A DNA stretch of 64,000 bases from Bacteroidales bacterium (lineage in GTDB: Bacteria > Bacteroidota > Bacteroidia > Bacteroidales > UBA932): contig JAKSKE010000002.1 of NCBI GenBank assembly GCA_024401895.1, positions 373 through 64,372 on the forward strand, read 5' to 3'. How positions within the stretch are numbered: position 1 is the first letter of the stretch; every line of letters begins with the position of its first letter. Below the pieces are notes generated by a model. That model was not told the DNA's origin. It saw only the letters and a program-made list of their open reading frames with translations, and searched no databases. A program made the position numbers and the translations under genes. Shown one piece after another: positions 1-10,076 of the stretch.

Positions 1-1371
1 GACACGGTCCTTGTAAAGGTTGTTTGCATTCATCTTGACGATATCGCAGTTGGCGTCGGAGTTGTCGTCCCAGCGGCGGCAGTTGTACATAACGTCATAG
101 ATGCGTCCAATCTGGTATTCGCGGCTTACGCGAAGGCCTACAGCATAATCCTCACCGTACTTGGTGGTGGGGAAATTGATCTGACGCAGAAGCGGTGTCC
201 AGAATCCGCGGGGAGCTCCCAGACCATTGATGCGGAGCGCATTGTTGCGACCGTTCTCGGGTGTCCACTCCCTGTGGTCGATTTTTCCGGGAGGCAGCGG
301 CTGAAGGTTAATGTCGGTGAGCTGATAGGTTCCTACAACCATAGCGCAGTTCTGCTCGCGGAAAGCGTCCACAAAGCGCTGAACAACGGTGTCGTCGGAA
401 TAGAGGTCATCGGAATCGAGCTGCAGGGCAAACCTTCCGCACTTAGGGTGATGAAGGGCCATATTCCAGTTTCCGCCAATGGCGTGATAAGACTTGTCCT
501 GAGCAATGTAAACGAGCCTGGGGTTGTCCAGGAACTGTTTGATTTTCTCCTGAGTGCCGTCGGTAGAGTTGTCATCGACAACAATTACGTTGTACTTGAA
601 GTCGGTCTTCTGGTTGAGGGCAGAGTTTATTGCGTCGGCAATGGTGCGTACCCTGTTCTTGCAGGGAATCACAACCGATGCCTCATACTCGAAGTCCCCT
701 TCCGTAATGTCAACCGGCTTGAACTTGGGCTCCAGATATCCGTTTATGTCCTTGAGATGCTGAGTCACAGCCTTCTCCATTTCAATCTGAACCGCACGGT
801 TCTTTGGATCCACATAGTCGAAAATCTTTTCTCCCGACTTGCGGTTGTCCAGCTCTATCTCGTAGTACAGGAACTCATTGATGTGAACGAGCTTGCCTTT
901 CTGGGACACCTTGAGACGCAGGTCATAGATACCTGCCTGTTCATAAGCGACGTCCATACGGTCTGCAGCCTCCTTGAGGGCCTCGGTTCTGTAAAGGAGA
1001 ACGCCTCCGAAGTCGAAGTCGTCACGCAGTGAGCCAAACTGATAATCGATAACCGGAGCCTGAGTCTCGGTACCGTCGGCGGCGCGGTTGAAATGGTCAG
1101 CATAAACCATTGCAGCACCTGAATCCTCGGCAATCTCGAGCATTCGCTCCATTGCAAAGAGCACGAAGCTCAATGTGGTTGTCTTGGTATAAATGAGAGA
1201 GAAAGGTGCACTTGCCTTTGAAGCTATGTCTTTAATTGCTGCCGTTGACTTGAGCTTTGTGGAATCTACGAGTTCGATCTTCGCAACTTCGCTCTGAGCC
1301 TTAAGGTTTTCCAACGTAGCTTTGACCTGCGCATCGCTTTCAAAAGGGATAAAACAATCTATTCTTTTCAT
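1..1371 (-). CDS. Glycosyltransferase family 2 protein (3' end runs off the window)
   Basis: Not in the ORF track. My translation from the ATG at 1371 (MKRIDCFIPF...) is open to position 1 and contains the GT2 motifs ASVVIPCKNR, VIVVDDNSTDGT, LQLDSDDLY and YGEDYA. Confidence 0.85.
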   Translation of the reverse strand, partial: MKRIDCFIPFESDAQVKATLENLKAQSEVAKIELVDSTKLKSTAAIKDIASKASAPFSLIYTKTTTLSFVLFAMERMLEIAEDSGAAMVYADHFNRAADGTETQAPVIDYQFGSLRDDFDFGGVLLYRTEALKEAADRMDVAYEQAGIYDLRLKVSQKGKLVHINEFLYYEIELDNRKSGEKIFDYVDPKNRAVQIEMEKAVTQHLKDINGYLEPKFKPVDITEGDFEYEASVVIPCKNRVRTIADAINSALNQKTDFKYNVIVVDDNSTDGTQEKIKQFLDNPRLVYIAQDKSYHAIGGNWNMALHHPKCGRFALQLDSDDLYSDDTVVQRFVDAFREQNCAMVVGTYQLTDINLQPLPPGKIDHREWTPENGRNNALRINGLGAPRGFWTPLLRQINFPTTKYGEDYAVGLRVSREYQIGRIYDVMYNCRRWDDNSDANCDIVKMNANNLYKDRV

Positions 1372-1412
1372 ATTGGGTTATTGGTTTGGTAGGTTTCCAT
1401 TATTCGAGTCTA

Positions 1413-1420
1413 CAAAGGTA
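1413..1420 (-). promoter_or_regulatory. Bacteroidetes -7 promoter box (TACCTTTG) for the GT2 gene
   Basis: Matches the TAnnTTTG consensus in an AT-rich divergent intergenic region. Confidence 0.6.
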
Positions 1421-1455
1421 ATCATTATTTTTATAATGAAAGAAAGAAGTTTTTG

Positions 1456-1463
1456 TATATTTG
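1456..1463 (+). promoter_or_regulatory. Bacteroidetes -7 promoter box (TATATTTG)
   Basis: Consensus match 4 nt before the GTG at 1468. Confidence 0.6.
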
Positions 1464-1467
1464 TGCC

Positions 1468-2181
1468 GTGAAAAAATTAGTAATCATACCCACCTACAAC
1501 GAGATCGAGAACATCGAGAAAATAATCCGCGCTGTTTTCGCTTTGGAAGAGGGTTTCGAAATTCTCATCATAGACGACGGCTCGCCCGACGGCACGGCCG
1601 CAAAAGTCTCAGACCTGCAGAAAGAATTCCCCCAGACCCTCAACCTGCTTCAGAGAAAAGGCAAGCTGGGGCTTGGAACGGCATATCTGACCGGATTCAA
1701 ATGGGCACTGGAAAGGAATTACGACTATATCTTTGAGATGGACGCCGACTTCTCGCACGCTCCCGAAGACCTCCCCCGCCTGCTGGATGCCTGCGTCTGC
1801 GAAGGCGGAGACATTTCCATAGGCTCCCGCTACTGCAACGGTGTGAGTGTGGTGAACTGGCCCATAGGCCGCATCCTCATTTCCTACTTTGCCTCGGTGT
1901 ATGTCCGGAAAGTCCTGGGATTCAAGATTTTCGACAGCACGGCAGGGTTCATCTGCTACAGCCGCAAGGCTCTTCAAACGATAAACCTCGATGCCGTAAA
2001 AATGAAAGGCTACGGCTTTCAGATAGAAATGAAGTACACCGCCTTCCGCAAAGGCCTCTGCATCAAGGAAGTGCCCGTTATCTTCGTAAACCGCAAGGAA
2101 GGTTCTTCTAAGATGTCCTCCGGAATTTTCGGAGAAGCGTTCTGGGGAGTCATCGCCCTCAGGTTCCGCAAATTCAATTAG
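1468..2181 (+). CDS. Polyprenol monophosphomannose synthase (DPM1-like GT2)
   Basis: IIPTYNE, IIDDGSPDGT, KLGLGTAY, EMDADFSH and GYGFQIE motifs; start placed at the GTG downstream of the promoter box. Confidence 0.9.
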   Translation: MKKLVIIPTYNEIENIEKIIRAVFALEEGFEILIIDDGSPDGTAAKVSDLQKEFPQTLNLLQRKGKLGLGTAYLTGFKWALERNYDYIFEMDADFSHAPEDLPRLLDACVCEGGDISIGSRYCNGVSVVNWPIGRILISYFASVYVRKVLGFKIFDSTAGFICYSRKALQTINLDAVKMKGYGFQIEMKYTAFRKGLCIKEVPVIFVNRKEGSSKMSSGIFGEAFWGVIALRFRKFN

Positions 2182-4345
2182 CCCTTACCGGCTCCAACGC
2201 AATGCGATTCCGCTCCAGGTCCACTTCCAGGACGCGGACTTTTATCTGTTGGTGCAGTTTCAGCACCCGTGAAGGGTCGGTTCCCCTGGGGCCGAGCCGG
2301 GATACGTGAATGAGCCCGTTCTCGTGCAGGCCTATGTCTATGAAAGCGCCGAAGTTAGTAATGTTGGTAACGATTCCCGGCAATTCCATCCCGCAGCGCA
2401 GGTCTCCTATCTCCCTCACATCTTCGGCAAACGAGAATTCCGACACGGCACACCGGGGGTCGAGTCCGGGTTTAGCCAGTTCCTTGAGAATGTCGTTGAC
2501 TGTGGGCAGCCCCACGGTTCCGTTCACGTAAGCCGACGGTTCCACCCTGCCGCAAAGTTCAGGATTTCCCACCAGTTCCCCCACCGACACCCCAAGGTCG
2601 GCCGCCATCCTGTCCACAATGGGGTAGGATTCGGGATGAACCGACGAATTGTCCAAAGGATTCGCCGCTCCCCTTATGCGCAGGAATCCGGCACACTGTT
2701 CGAAAGCCTTCGCCCCCAACCGGGGTACCTTGAGCAGTTCGCGCCGTTCTCTGAACCCGCCGTTTGCATTCCGGTATTCCACTATTCCGCGCGAAAGCGC
2801 CGGGCCTATCCCCGCCACGTGCGCCAGCAGGTAAGGGCTTGCCGTATTGAGGTTGACTCCCACCGAATTCACACAGTTCTCGACCGTATTGGAAAGCATC
2901 TCGCGCAGCAGCGTCTGGTCCACGTCGTGCTGGTACTGCCCTATCCCCAGATTCCGGGGATCAATCTTCACCAGTTCGGCGAGAGGGTCCATAAGCCTTC
3001 GGCCGATGCTCACAGCTCCCCTCACGGTAACGTCCTGGTCTGGGAACTCCTCCCTTGCAACCTCCGACGCCGAATATATGGAAGCGCCGTCCTCGCTCAC
3101 CGTCCATACCCTGCATCCGTCGGGAAGACCGACTTTCTTCAGGAACCCGACGGTTTCCCGGCTGGCGGTTCCGTTCCCAACGGCAACGGCTTCTATGCCG
3201 TACTCCCGGACCATAGATTCAATGGCCATAATGGATTTAACCTTCTCATTGGCAGGAGGATGCGGAAATATTATCGTATGATACAGCAGTTCTCCCCTCT
3301 CGTCCAGGCAGGCAATCTTGCAACCGTTCCTGAAACCGGGGTCCACCGCCATAATGCGCTTCTGCCCAAGCGGCGCTCCCAGCAACAGCTGTTTCAGGTT
3401 TTCGCCGAAAACCCTGATGCTCTCTATGTCGGCCTTCTCCTTGGCTTCCTTTATGACTTCGCGGGAAATGGACGGATACAGCAGGCGCGTGAACGCATCT
3501 TCGGCGCTGAGCCTGATTTGATTGGACAGCTCGCCGGAGGGACGCCCCTGAAGCTGGCAGAAGTCATAGAAAATCTTATTTGAACAGCGCTGCGGGTCCG
3601 AGTCGAGCGAAACGTTTAGAAAACCTTCATTTTCGGCCCTGAGTATGGCCAGCAGATTGTGCGAGGGTATTTTTTCGAGCTGTGTGCTGAATTTGAAATA
3701 GCTGCGGTATTTGGCGGCTTCGCCGGATTCCTTCCCGGCCTTGGTAACGCTTGCCAGAATCCACCGGCGACGCATCATCTCCCTCTGGTTCTGCCTTATG
3801 AGAGGCGTTTCGCCGAGCCTTTCGGCAATGATATCCCTGGCCCCGGCGAGAGCGGCCTCAATGTCGGCGGCTCCGGGTTTTCCGGCCGCCCTTACAGCCG
3901 CCGCCCCCTCTACATAAGCTCTGGCACTGTCGTAGGGATTCGACGTCTTCAGGTTCCACATAAGGTCGGCGAGAGGTTCCAGCCCAAGTTCCTTTGCGGC
4001 CGTCGCCCGGGTGCGGCGCTTGGGACGGTAGGGCAGGTAAAGGTCCTCCAGTTCCTGGGCCACGACACAGTCGCGTATGAGAGCCTCGAGTCCGGGGGTA
4101 AGGGCGCCGGCCTGACCAATTACGCCCAGTATGGTTTCCTTGCGCTTTTCCATAGCGTCGAAGACGTCCACCCAATGCTTGACTTCGGCCACCGAGGCAT
4201 CGTCCATTCCTCCGGTCTTTTCCTTGCGGTAACGGCTTATGAACGGAATGGTATTCCCGTCCTCGAACATCTGAGCGCAATTTTCAATCTGCCACTCGCG
4301 CACCTCTAGCCTGCGGGCTATAAACTTTATATAAACCTCTTTCAT
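2174..4345 (-). CDS. tex: Tex family RNA-binding transcriptional accessory protein
   Basis: TIPFISRYRKEKTG, LEDLYLPY, AVDPGFRNGCK (YqgF-like), HhH motifs and a C-terminal S1 domain (NFGAFIDIG). Confidence 0.93.
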   Translation of the reverse strand: MKEVYIKFIARRLEVREWQIENCAQMFEDGNTIPFISRYRKEKTGGMDDASVAEVKHWVDVFDAMEKRKETILGVIGQAGALTPGLEALIRDCVVAQELEDLYLPYRPKRRTRATAAKELGLEPLADLMWNLKTSNPYDSARAYVEGAAAVRAAGKPGAADIEAALAGARDIIAERLGETPLIRQNQREMMRRRWILASVTKAGKESGEAAKYRSYFKFSTQLEKIPSHNLLAILRAENEGFLNVSLDSDPQRCSNKIFYDFCQLQGRPSGELSNQIRLSAEDAFTRLLYPSISREVIKEAKEKADIESIRVFGENLKQLLLGAPLGQKRIMAVDPGFRNGCKIACLDERGELLYHTIIFPHPPANEKVKSIMAIESMVREYGIEAVAVGNGTASRETVGFLKKVGLPDGCRVWTVSEDGASIYSASEVAREEFPDQDVTVRGAVSIGRRLMDPLAELVKIDPRNLGIGQYQHDVDQTLLREMLSNTVENCVNSVGVNLNTASPYLLAHVAGIGPALSRGIVEYRNANGGFRERRELLKVPRLGAKAFEQCAGFLRIRGAANPLDNSSVHPESYPIVDRMAADLGVSVGELVGNPELCGRVEPSAYVNGTVGLPTVNDILKELAKPGLDPRCAVSEFSFAEDVREIGDLRCGMELPGIVTNITNFGAFIDIGLHENGLIHVSRLGPRGTDPSRVLKLHQQIKVRVLEVDLERNRIALEPVRAN

Positions 4346-4350
4346 ATATG

Positions 4351-4387
4351 CAAAGGTAATTAATTCGTACAAAAAATTTTATCTTTG
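4351..4387. promoter_or_regulatory. Divergent promoter pair: TACCTTTG (4351-4358, minus, tex) and TATCTTTG (4380-4387, plus, DMT gene)
   Basis: Two TAnnTTTG boxes back to back in a 57-bp intergenic gap. Confidence 0.6.
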
Positions 4388-4402
4388 CAGGACGTTCGGC
4401 CT

Positions 4403-5320
4403 ATGAAGAAAAATAAAAGCAACATTATAGTATATCTGTACTCTACCCTGACAATCCTCCTATGGGGCCTGTCATATATATGGAACAGTCAACTGATTTC
4501 CAAGGGAATTCCGGTAGAATACTTCGTTTATATAAGAGTTTTCTTTGCAGGCAGCATTCTTCTCATCCTCAATCTGGCGATGGGCATCGATATAAAAATC
4601 AAGCCGAAAGACCTGAGCAAATTCCTGCTTCTGGCCCTCTGCGAGCCCTTCATATACTTCGTGTGCGAAACTTACGGAATCTATTTCACAGAATCTCCCA
4701 CGTACTCTGCAATGATAATAGCCACGACGCCCATAGCGGCAATGTTCGCCGGATTCTTTTTCTTCAAAGAGAAACTGTCTTTAATGAACATTGCCGGAAT
4801 GCTGGTTTGCATCGGAGGCATTGTGCTGATGTCTATGACGTCCTCGGGCATAGGAGATAAATTCCTGCTCGGCGCAATTCTGCTCTTCGTTGCGGTAATT
4901 GCAGAAGCCGGACAGGCAAGTTGCACAAAATGGCTGGCCGGAAACTATAAGCCGACGGTAATCACTATGCACCAGTTCCTAATCGGCGGAGTTTATCTGG
5001 CTCCTCTGTTCTTCACAAAAGGTCTCAGAAATTTCGACCCGGCCATTTACCTATCATGGGATGTGTGGAGGCCTATCTTCTGCCTTGCCATCCTGTGCTC
5101 CTGTGTATGCTTCACCCTATGGGTCAGTTCCATCAAGCACCTGGGAGTTGCCAAATCGTCGGTTATGCAGGCCTTTATCCCGGTCATAACGGCCCTGTCG
5201 GGAATGATTCTGGGAAGCGAACTGCTCACTCCCATACAATGGCTTGGAATAATGATCGCCTCTCTGGGTGTAACCTTCTCCCAAATTACAAGAAACAAAA
5301 AAAAGGTCAGAGGCAATTAG
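4403..5320 (+). CDS. DMT/EamA family transporter
   Basis: About 10 hydrophobic helices in two EamA repeats (ILLWGLSY, FFKEKLS, ILGSELL). Confidence 0.85.
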   Translation: MKKNKSNIIVYLYSTLTILLWGLSYIWNSQLISKGIPVEYFVYIRVFFAGSILLILNLAMGIDIKIKPKDLSKFLLLALCEPFIYFVCETYGIYFTESPTYSAMIIATTPIAAMFAGFFFFKEKLSLMNIAGMLVCIGGIVLMSMTSSGIGDKFLLGAILLFVAVIAEAGQASCTKWLAGNYKPTVITMHQFLIGGVYLAPLFFTKGLRNFDPAIYLSWDVWRPIFCLAILCSCVCFTLWVSSIKHLGVAKSSVMQAFIPVITALSGMILGSELLTPIQWLGIMIASLGVTFSQITRNKKKVRGN

Positions 5321-7062
5321 TCCTCGCTCATTTCCCTGAGTTTGTCCCTGTAGGCGGACAGAATCCTTGAACGGGAAACAAATCCGAGATAAATACCGTT
5401 TGAATCGACCACCGGAAGTCTCCAGGCCTCGGTGCGGTCGAACTTGCGCATAACGCTTTCCATCTTTTCAGACACGTCTACAAAGGCGGGCGCGGGTTCC
5501 ATAAGGTCGGAGACCTTCAGGGAATCGTAATCTTCGGTCTTAAAGATATACTTGCGAACGTTTCCAATGTCTATGAACCCGTCGAAACGGCCATTTCCGT
5601 CAACCACGGCAATCACGGCCTCGGTGCTGTCGGAAATGACGTCAACCAGTTCGCCCAGACTCGCTCCTCTGGAAATTCGGGGATATTTGTCCCGCACAAG
5701 GTCGCCGGTACGCATCAGAGTCATTATGGCCTGGTCGGAATCGTGAGTAAGCAATTCGCCGGCCTGAGCCAGACGCTTTGTATAAATGGAATAGCGTTCC
5801 TTCATTCTGGTTACCAGGAACGACACGCTGGACGTAATGATAAGGGGCAGGAAAAGTTCATACCCGCCCGATATCTCGGCTATGAGGAAGATTGCCGTCA
5901 TAGGGGCTTTCATAACCCCGGCCATAGTGCCGGCCATTCCAACCAGCACGAAATTCTGTTCGGGAAGAGACAGGTCTGAACCTGCAAACAGCAGGTTGAA
6001 GATTCTGGACAGCAGGAAGCCCGATATCGCCCCCACGAACAACGTGGGTCCGAACGTTCCGCCCACTCCTCCACCGGAATTGGTAAAGGTCATAGCTATC
6101 ACCTTCAGGCACAGGACCAGGGCAAAGAAAATGGGGATTCCCCAGGGGGAGCCGAGCAGGAATGACAGCGGCGACTGACCGTAATCGATATCCCCGCCCC
6201 GCAGCAGGGGGGCCAGCGACGAATATCCCTCACCGAACAAAGGCGGGAAAATAAGCACCGTCAGACTCAGGCCCAAACCGCACAACAACCATTTTACAAA
6301 CGGGTTCGAGAATTTGGAGAGCCTGTCTTCGAGGCGGAGCGTAGTGGATTGGAAATACATTGACACAAGGCCGCAGAACGCCCCCAGAATTATATAGAAC
6401 GGGATGTTGCCCAACTTGAAGGGCGACAGCGAACACTGGAAAGGATTCACGTCCGAGGCAAAAAGGTAACTGATTACCGTAGCCGACACGGTTGACAGCA
6501 GCAGCGGCATAAGTGAAGTCACCGAGATATTGAACATAAGTATCTCCAGAGTGAACAGCACTCCGGCCAGCGGAGCCTTGAAGATTCCCGCAACGGCACC
6601 GGCCGCACCGCATCCGACCAGAATCCTCACACTGCGCATATTCAGGCCGAAAATGCGCCCCACGTTGCTGCCTATGGCCGCACCGGTGTAAACAATCGGA
6701 GCCTCGGCCCCCACCGAACCTCCGAATCCTATCGTAAGCGAAGACGTAATGAGCGAGGACCAGCAGTTATGAGGCTTGATTCTGGATTCTCCCGTAGAGA
6801 CGGCCTTGAGGACTCTGGTGACCCCGTGTCCTATATTGTCCTTCACAAGATATTTCACAATGAGCAGGGAGAGCAGCATTCCCACGGCAGGGAAAACTAT
6901 GTACAGGAAGCCCAGAGAACCGGAAGGCATCAATGCCCTGGCCAGCCCCTCGAACACCCTTATGAGTCTTAGCAAAACAACAGCCGCCGCTCCCGAGCAT
7001 AAGCCAACGAGAACGGACAGCATCAAAAGACGTGAATTGTCAGATATTTTCAGGTGAATCAT
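5317..7062 (-). CDS. CLC family chloride channel/antiporter with C-terminal CBS pair
   Basis: GGSVGAEAP (gating Glu), FKAPLAGVLFTLE and GGTFGP motifs plus tandem CBS domains; start set at MIHLK. Confidence 0.88.
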   Translation of the reverse strand: MIHLKISDNSRLLMLSVLVGLCSGAAAVVLLRLIRVFEGLARALMPSGSLGFLYIVFPAVGMLLSLLIVKYLVKDNIGHGVTRVLKAVSTGESRIKPHNCWSSLITSSLTIGFGGSVGAEAPIVYTGAAIGSNVGRIFGLNMRSVRILVGCGAAGAVAGIFKAPLAGVLFTLEILMFNISVTSLMPLLLSTVSATVISYLFASDVNPFQCSLSPFKLGNIPFYIILGAFCGLVSMYFQSTTLRLEDRLSKFSNPFVKWLLCGLGLSLTVLIFPPLFGEGYSSLAPLLRGGDIDYGQSPLSFLLGSPWGIPIFFALVLCLKVIAMTFTNSGGGVGGTFGPTLFVGAISGFLLSRIFNLLFAGSDLSLPEQNFVLVGMAGTMAGVMKAPMTAIFLIAEISGGYELFLPLIITSSVSFLVTRMKERYSIYTKRLAQAGELLTHDSDQAIMTLMRTGDLVRDKYPRISRGASLGELVDVISDSTEAVIAVVDGNGRFDGFIDIGNVRKYIFKTEDYDSLKVSDLMEPAPAFVDVSEKMESVMRKFDRTEAWRLPVVDSNGIYLGFVSRSRILSAYRDKLREMSED

Positions 7063-7411
7063 CGTCCGATCCGTATTCGGAGATATTGTCGTCGGGCAGC
7101 GGGGTGTCACCGGCATCGGCAGAGCCGCTTGTTCCGGCAACCTGCTCAACTTCGGCAGCCTCTTCTCCGTCGAGCCAACTTTCAATGTCGTCGATATCGT
7201 CGGTCTTGATGTTGATTTTTACCAGATATATGGCATCGGGAATTTCGATTGTCACCGCATAGAAATGGGAACCGTCCGGCTTGGGGTATTTGGTAAGTTC
7301 CGGCAGGTAGTCATTGTATCCCTTCGGATACTTCTCATTGAACGCCGCAGCCAACTCATCTGACATATTCTCATAACTTACGACGTGACGTTTCTTATTA
7401 TCCTGTATCAT
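7040..7411 (-). CDS. Conserved-type Bacteroidetes hypothetical protein with acidic C-terminal tail
   Basis: Folded-looking N-terminal domain (KRHVVSYENM...EKYPKGY...IYLVK) followed by a D/E-rich tail. Confidence 0.75.
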   Translation of the reverse strand: MIQDNKKRHVVSYENMSDELAAAFNEKYPKGYNDYLPELTKYPKPDGSHFYAVTIEIPDAIYLVKINIKTDDIDDIESWLDGEEAAEVEQVAGTSGSADAGDTPLPDDNISEYGSDDDSPENI

Positions 7412-7485
7412 AAATTTCACTGTTGATTACGTCGCAATATTAGGACATAATTTTGAATCTGCAAACTTTTTTACGCAATTCTTTT

Positions 7486-9210
7486 TTACATCTTCTGCGG
7501 CAGCTCTATGCCCAGCAGGGCCATCGCTCTGCGTAAAACCGATGCAACTTCTTGAATAAGAGCAAGACGAATCTCCAGCGTGCCCTTATCTTCCTCCTTG
7601 AGAATGGGTGTCTGCTGATAGTACTGGTTGAACTCCTTGGCAAGGTCGTAGCAGTAGTTTGCTATGAGTGCGGGTGAAAATTCGGCCGCGGCCTCGCCCA
7701 CTTTCGCAGGATAGTCGTTGAGAATCTTCACAATTCTGATTTCCTTGGCATTGAAACTGCCGCCGTCGCAGGAAGGTCTGAATCCCAGCCCCTCTCCCTT
7801 GCGGAGTATGCTGCAGATACGGGCGTGGGTATATTGGATGAACGGCCCCGTATTCCCGTTGAAATCTATGGACTCCTTGGGATTGAAGAGCATTTTCTTC
7901 TTGGGATCGACCTTGAGTATGAAATACTTCAGCGCTCCAAGTCCTATTGTTCTGTAGAGCTTCTGACGGTCGGCCTCGTCCATATCGTCGAGTCTCTTGC
8001 CCGACTCCTCGCTTGCGGCCTTAGCCTCCTGATACATCTTTTCAATGAGGTCGTCGGCATCTACCACGGTTCCTTCGCGCGATTTCATCTTGCCCTCGGG
8101 CAGTTCCACCATACCGTAGCTCAAATGGAAAATACTGTCGGCCCAGGCGAATCCGAGTTTGGCAAGGATGAGCTTGAGTACCTGGAAATGATAATTCTGC
8201 TCATCGCCCACAACATACACTTCTGAATCCAGGCTATATTCCGAGAACCTTTTTTCGGCGGTTCCCAGGTCCTGCGTCATATACACCGACGTGCCGTCGG
8301 AGCGCAGCAGAAGCTTGCGGTCCAGGGAATCGGCGGTAAGGTCACACCATACCGAACCGTCGGCATCGCGCACGAAGACGCCCATATCGAGGCCCTTCGC
8401 CACCAGTTCCTTGCCCAGCAGATAGGTGTCGTGCTCGTAGTATGTCTTGTCGAAGGAAATTCCAAGTTCGCGGTAGGTCTGGTCGAAACCGTCGAATACC
8501 CAGCGGTTCATAGTTGACCACAGGTCCATCACTTCCTTGTCACCCTGCTCCCACTTTACGAGCATCTCGTGCACCTTGTCTATGACAGAAGGGTCTTCCT
8601 TCTCCATTTTGGCGTACTCTACGTAGCAGTCGCCCACGAGATGGTCGCCTTTCTTGCCGGTAGATTCGGGGGTAGCGCCGTTGAAACGCTCCTGCCAGGC
8701 ATACATAGACTTGCATATATGCACTCCACGGTCGTTCACCAGGGTGGTCTTTATAACTTCATTTCCGGCAGCCTTGAGAATCTCGCTCACCGAAGCGCCC
8801 AGAAGGTTGTTGCGCACGTGGCCCAGATGAAGGGGCTTGTTGGTGTTGGGAGAAGAGAACTCCACCATAACCCTGCGGCCGGTGGAAGGCAGTATGCCGA
8901 ACTGTGCATCGGAAACTATCTGCCGGAAGCTTTCCCTCCAGTAGGTTTCCGACAGGCAGATGTTCAGGAATCCCTTGACAGTATTGAAAGTGCTTATTTC
9001 GGGGCAGTTGGCCAGCAGCCACTCCCCTATGGCGTTTCCGGTGGCCTCGGGCGAGGCGTGACTGGCGCGCAGCAGCGGGAAAGTCACCAGAGTGTAATCT
9101 CCTTCGAATTCCTTTCTGGTAGCCTGTACCTGAAGGTCGGCGGAATCCAGGCCGTAAAGAGCCTTGACGGCAAGCGCCGCTTTTTGTCCAATGAATTGTT
9201 CAGGTGTCAT
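7486..9210 (-). CDS. argS: Arginine--tRNA ligase
   Basis: [19 protein letters not shown] (HIGH), KMKSREG and [13 protein letters not shown] motifs. Confidence 0.97.
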   Translation of the reverse strand: MTPEQFIGQKAALAVKALYGLDSADLQVQATRKEFEGDYTLVTFPLLRASHASPEATGNAIGEWLLANCPEISTFNTVKGFLNICLSETYWRESFRQIVSDAQFGILPSTGRRVMVEFSSPNTNKPLHLGHVRNNLLGASVSEILKAAGNEVIKTTLVNDRGVHICKSMYAWQERFNGATPESTGKKGDHLVGDCYVEYAKMEKEDPSVIDKVHEMLVKWEQGDKEVMDLWSTMNRWVFDGFDQTYRELGISFDKTYYEHDTYLLGKELVAKGLDMGVFVRDADGSVWCDLTADSLDRKLLLRSDGTSVYMTQDLGTAEKRFSEYSLDSEVYVVGDEQNYHFQVLKLILAKLGFAWADSIFHLSYGMVELPEGKMKSREGTVVDADDLIEKMYQEAKAASEESGKRLDDMDEADRQKLYRTIGLGALKYFILKVDPKKKMLFNPKESIDFNGNTGPFIQYTHARICSILRKGEGLGFRPSCDGGSFNAKEIRIVKILNDYPAKVGEAAAEFSPALIANYCYDLAKEFNQYYQQTPILKEEDKGTLEIRLALIQEVASVLRRAMALLGIELPQKM

Positions 9211-10067
9211 CCCAGATATGTTTTCAGAAGTTTACTTGCAGCGGGTTTCTTGAGTTTGCGGATTGCCTTCTCCTTAATCTGGCGCACACGCTCACGGGTA
9301 AGGTCGAGCCTCTCCCCTATTTCTTCCAGAGTCATTTCCTGGCATCCTATTCCGAAGAAAGACTTTATGATTTCACGCTCGCGGGCGGTGAGCACCTGAA
9401 GAGAGCGCTCGATTTCGGTACTGAGACTTTCGCTTACAAGCCCGCGGTCGGCCATAGGACTGTCGTCATTGGGCAGAACGTCCAGCAGAGAGTTGTCCTC
9501 GCCTTCCACGAAGGGGGCATCCACACTCACGTGACGGCCCGAAACCCTGAGGGTGTCGGCAATCTTGTCCTTGGGAATTTCTATGAGCTCGGCGAGCTCG
9601 TCGGTGGACGGCATTCTCTCGTTCTCCTGCTCGAAACGGCCCAGGGCCTTGTTTATCTTGTTCAGGGAGCCCACCTGGTTCAAAGGCAGCCTTACAATAC
9701 GGCTCTGCTCTGCAAGAGCCTGAAGGATGCTCTGCCTGATCCACCATACCGCATAGGAGATGAATTTGAAGCCTCGGGTCTCGTCGAATTTTTCGGCGGC
9801 CTTGATGAGGCCCAGATTTCCTTCGTTGATAAGGTCCGGGAGGCTGAGTCCCTGGTTCTGGTACTGCTTGGCTACAGATACCACGAAGCGCAGGTTGGCT
9901 CGGGTGAGCTTCTCCAGCGCTTCCTGGTCGCCCTTGCGGATTCGCTGGGCGAGTTCTACTTCTTCTTCGGGTGATACCAACTCTTCGCGGCCTATCTCCT
10001 GGAGATACTTGTCCAGCGAGGCGCTCTCGCGGTTGGTGATTGACTTGGTAATCTTAAGTTGACGCAT
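9207..10067 (-). CDS. rpoD: Primary RNA polymerase sigma factor (Bacteroidetes RpoD/SigA, no region 1.1)
   Basis: [36 protein letters not shown] and TRERVRQIK motifs; only 286 aa. Confidence 0.95.
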   Translation of the reverse strand: MRQLKITKSITNRESASLDKYLQEIGREELVSPEEEVELAQRIRKGDQEALEKLTRANLRFVVSVAKQYQNQGLSLPDLINEGNLGLIKAAEKFDETRGFKFISYAVWWIRQSILQALAEQSRIVRLPLNQVGSLNKINKALGRFEQENERMPSTDELAELIEIPKDKIADTLRVSGRHVSVDAPFVEGEDNSLLDVLPNDDSPMADRGLVSESLSTEIERSLQVLTAREREIIKSFFGIGCQEMTLEEIGERLDLTRERVRQIKEKAIRKLKKPAASKLLKTYLG

Positions 10068-10076
10068 TGTGTAAAG

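Noticed and set aside
274-1032. 252-aa plus-strand ORF in the ORF track
   Set aside because: It is the antisense shadow of the minus-strand GT2 gene (1-1371), which the track missed because it runs off the window.
2306-4309. Long antisense ORFs here and elsewhere (for example 23803-25209, 27355-28707, 35805-37259, 55125-56444)
   Set aside because: They lie opposite well-supported genes and have no motifs; such frames are expected from codon bias at this GC content.
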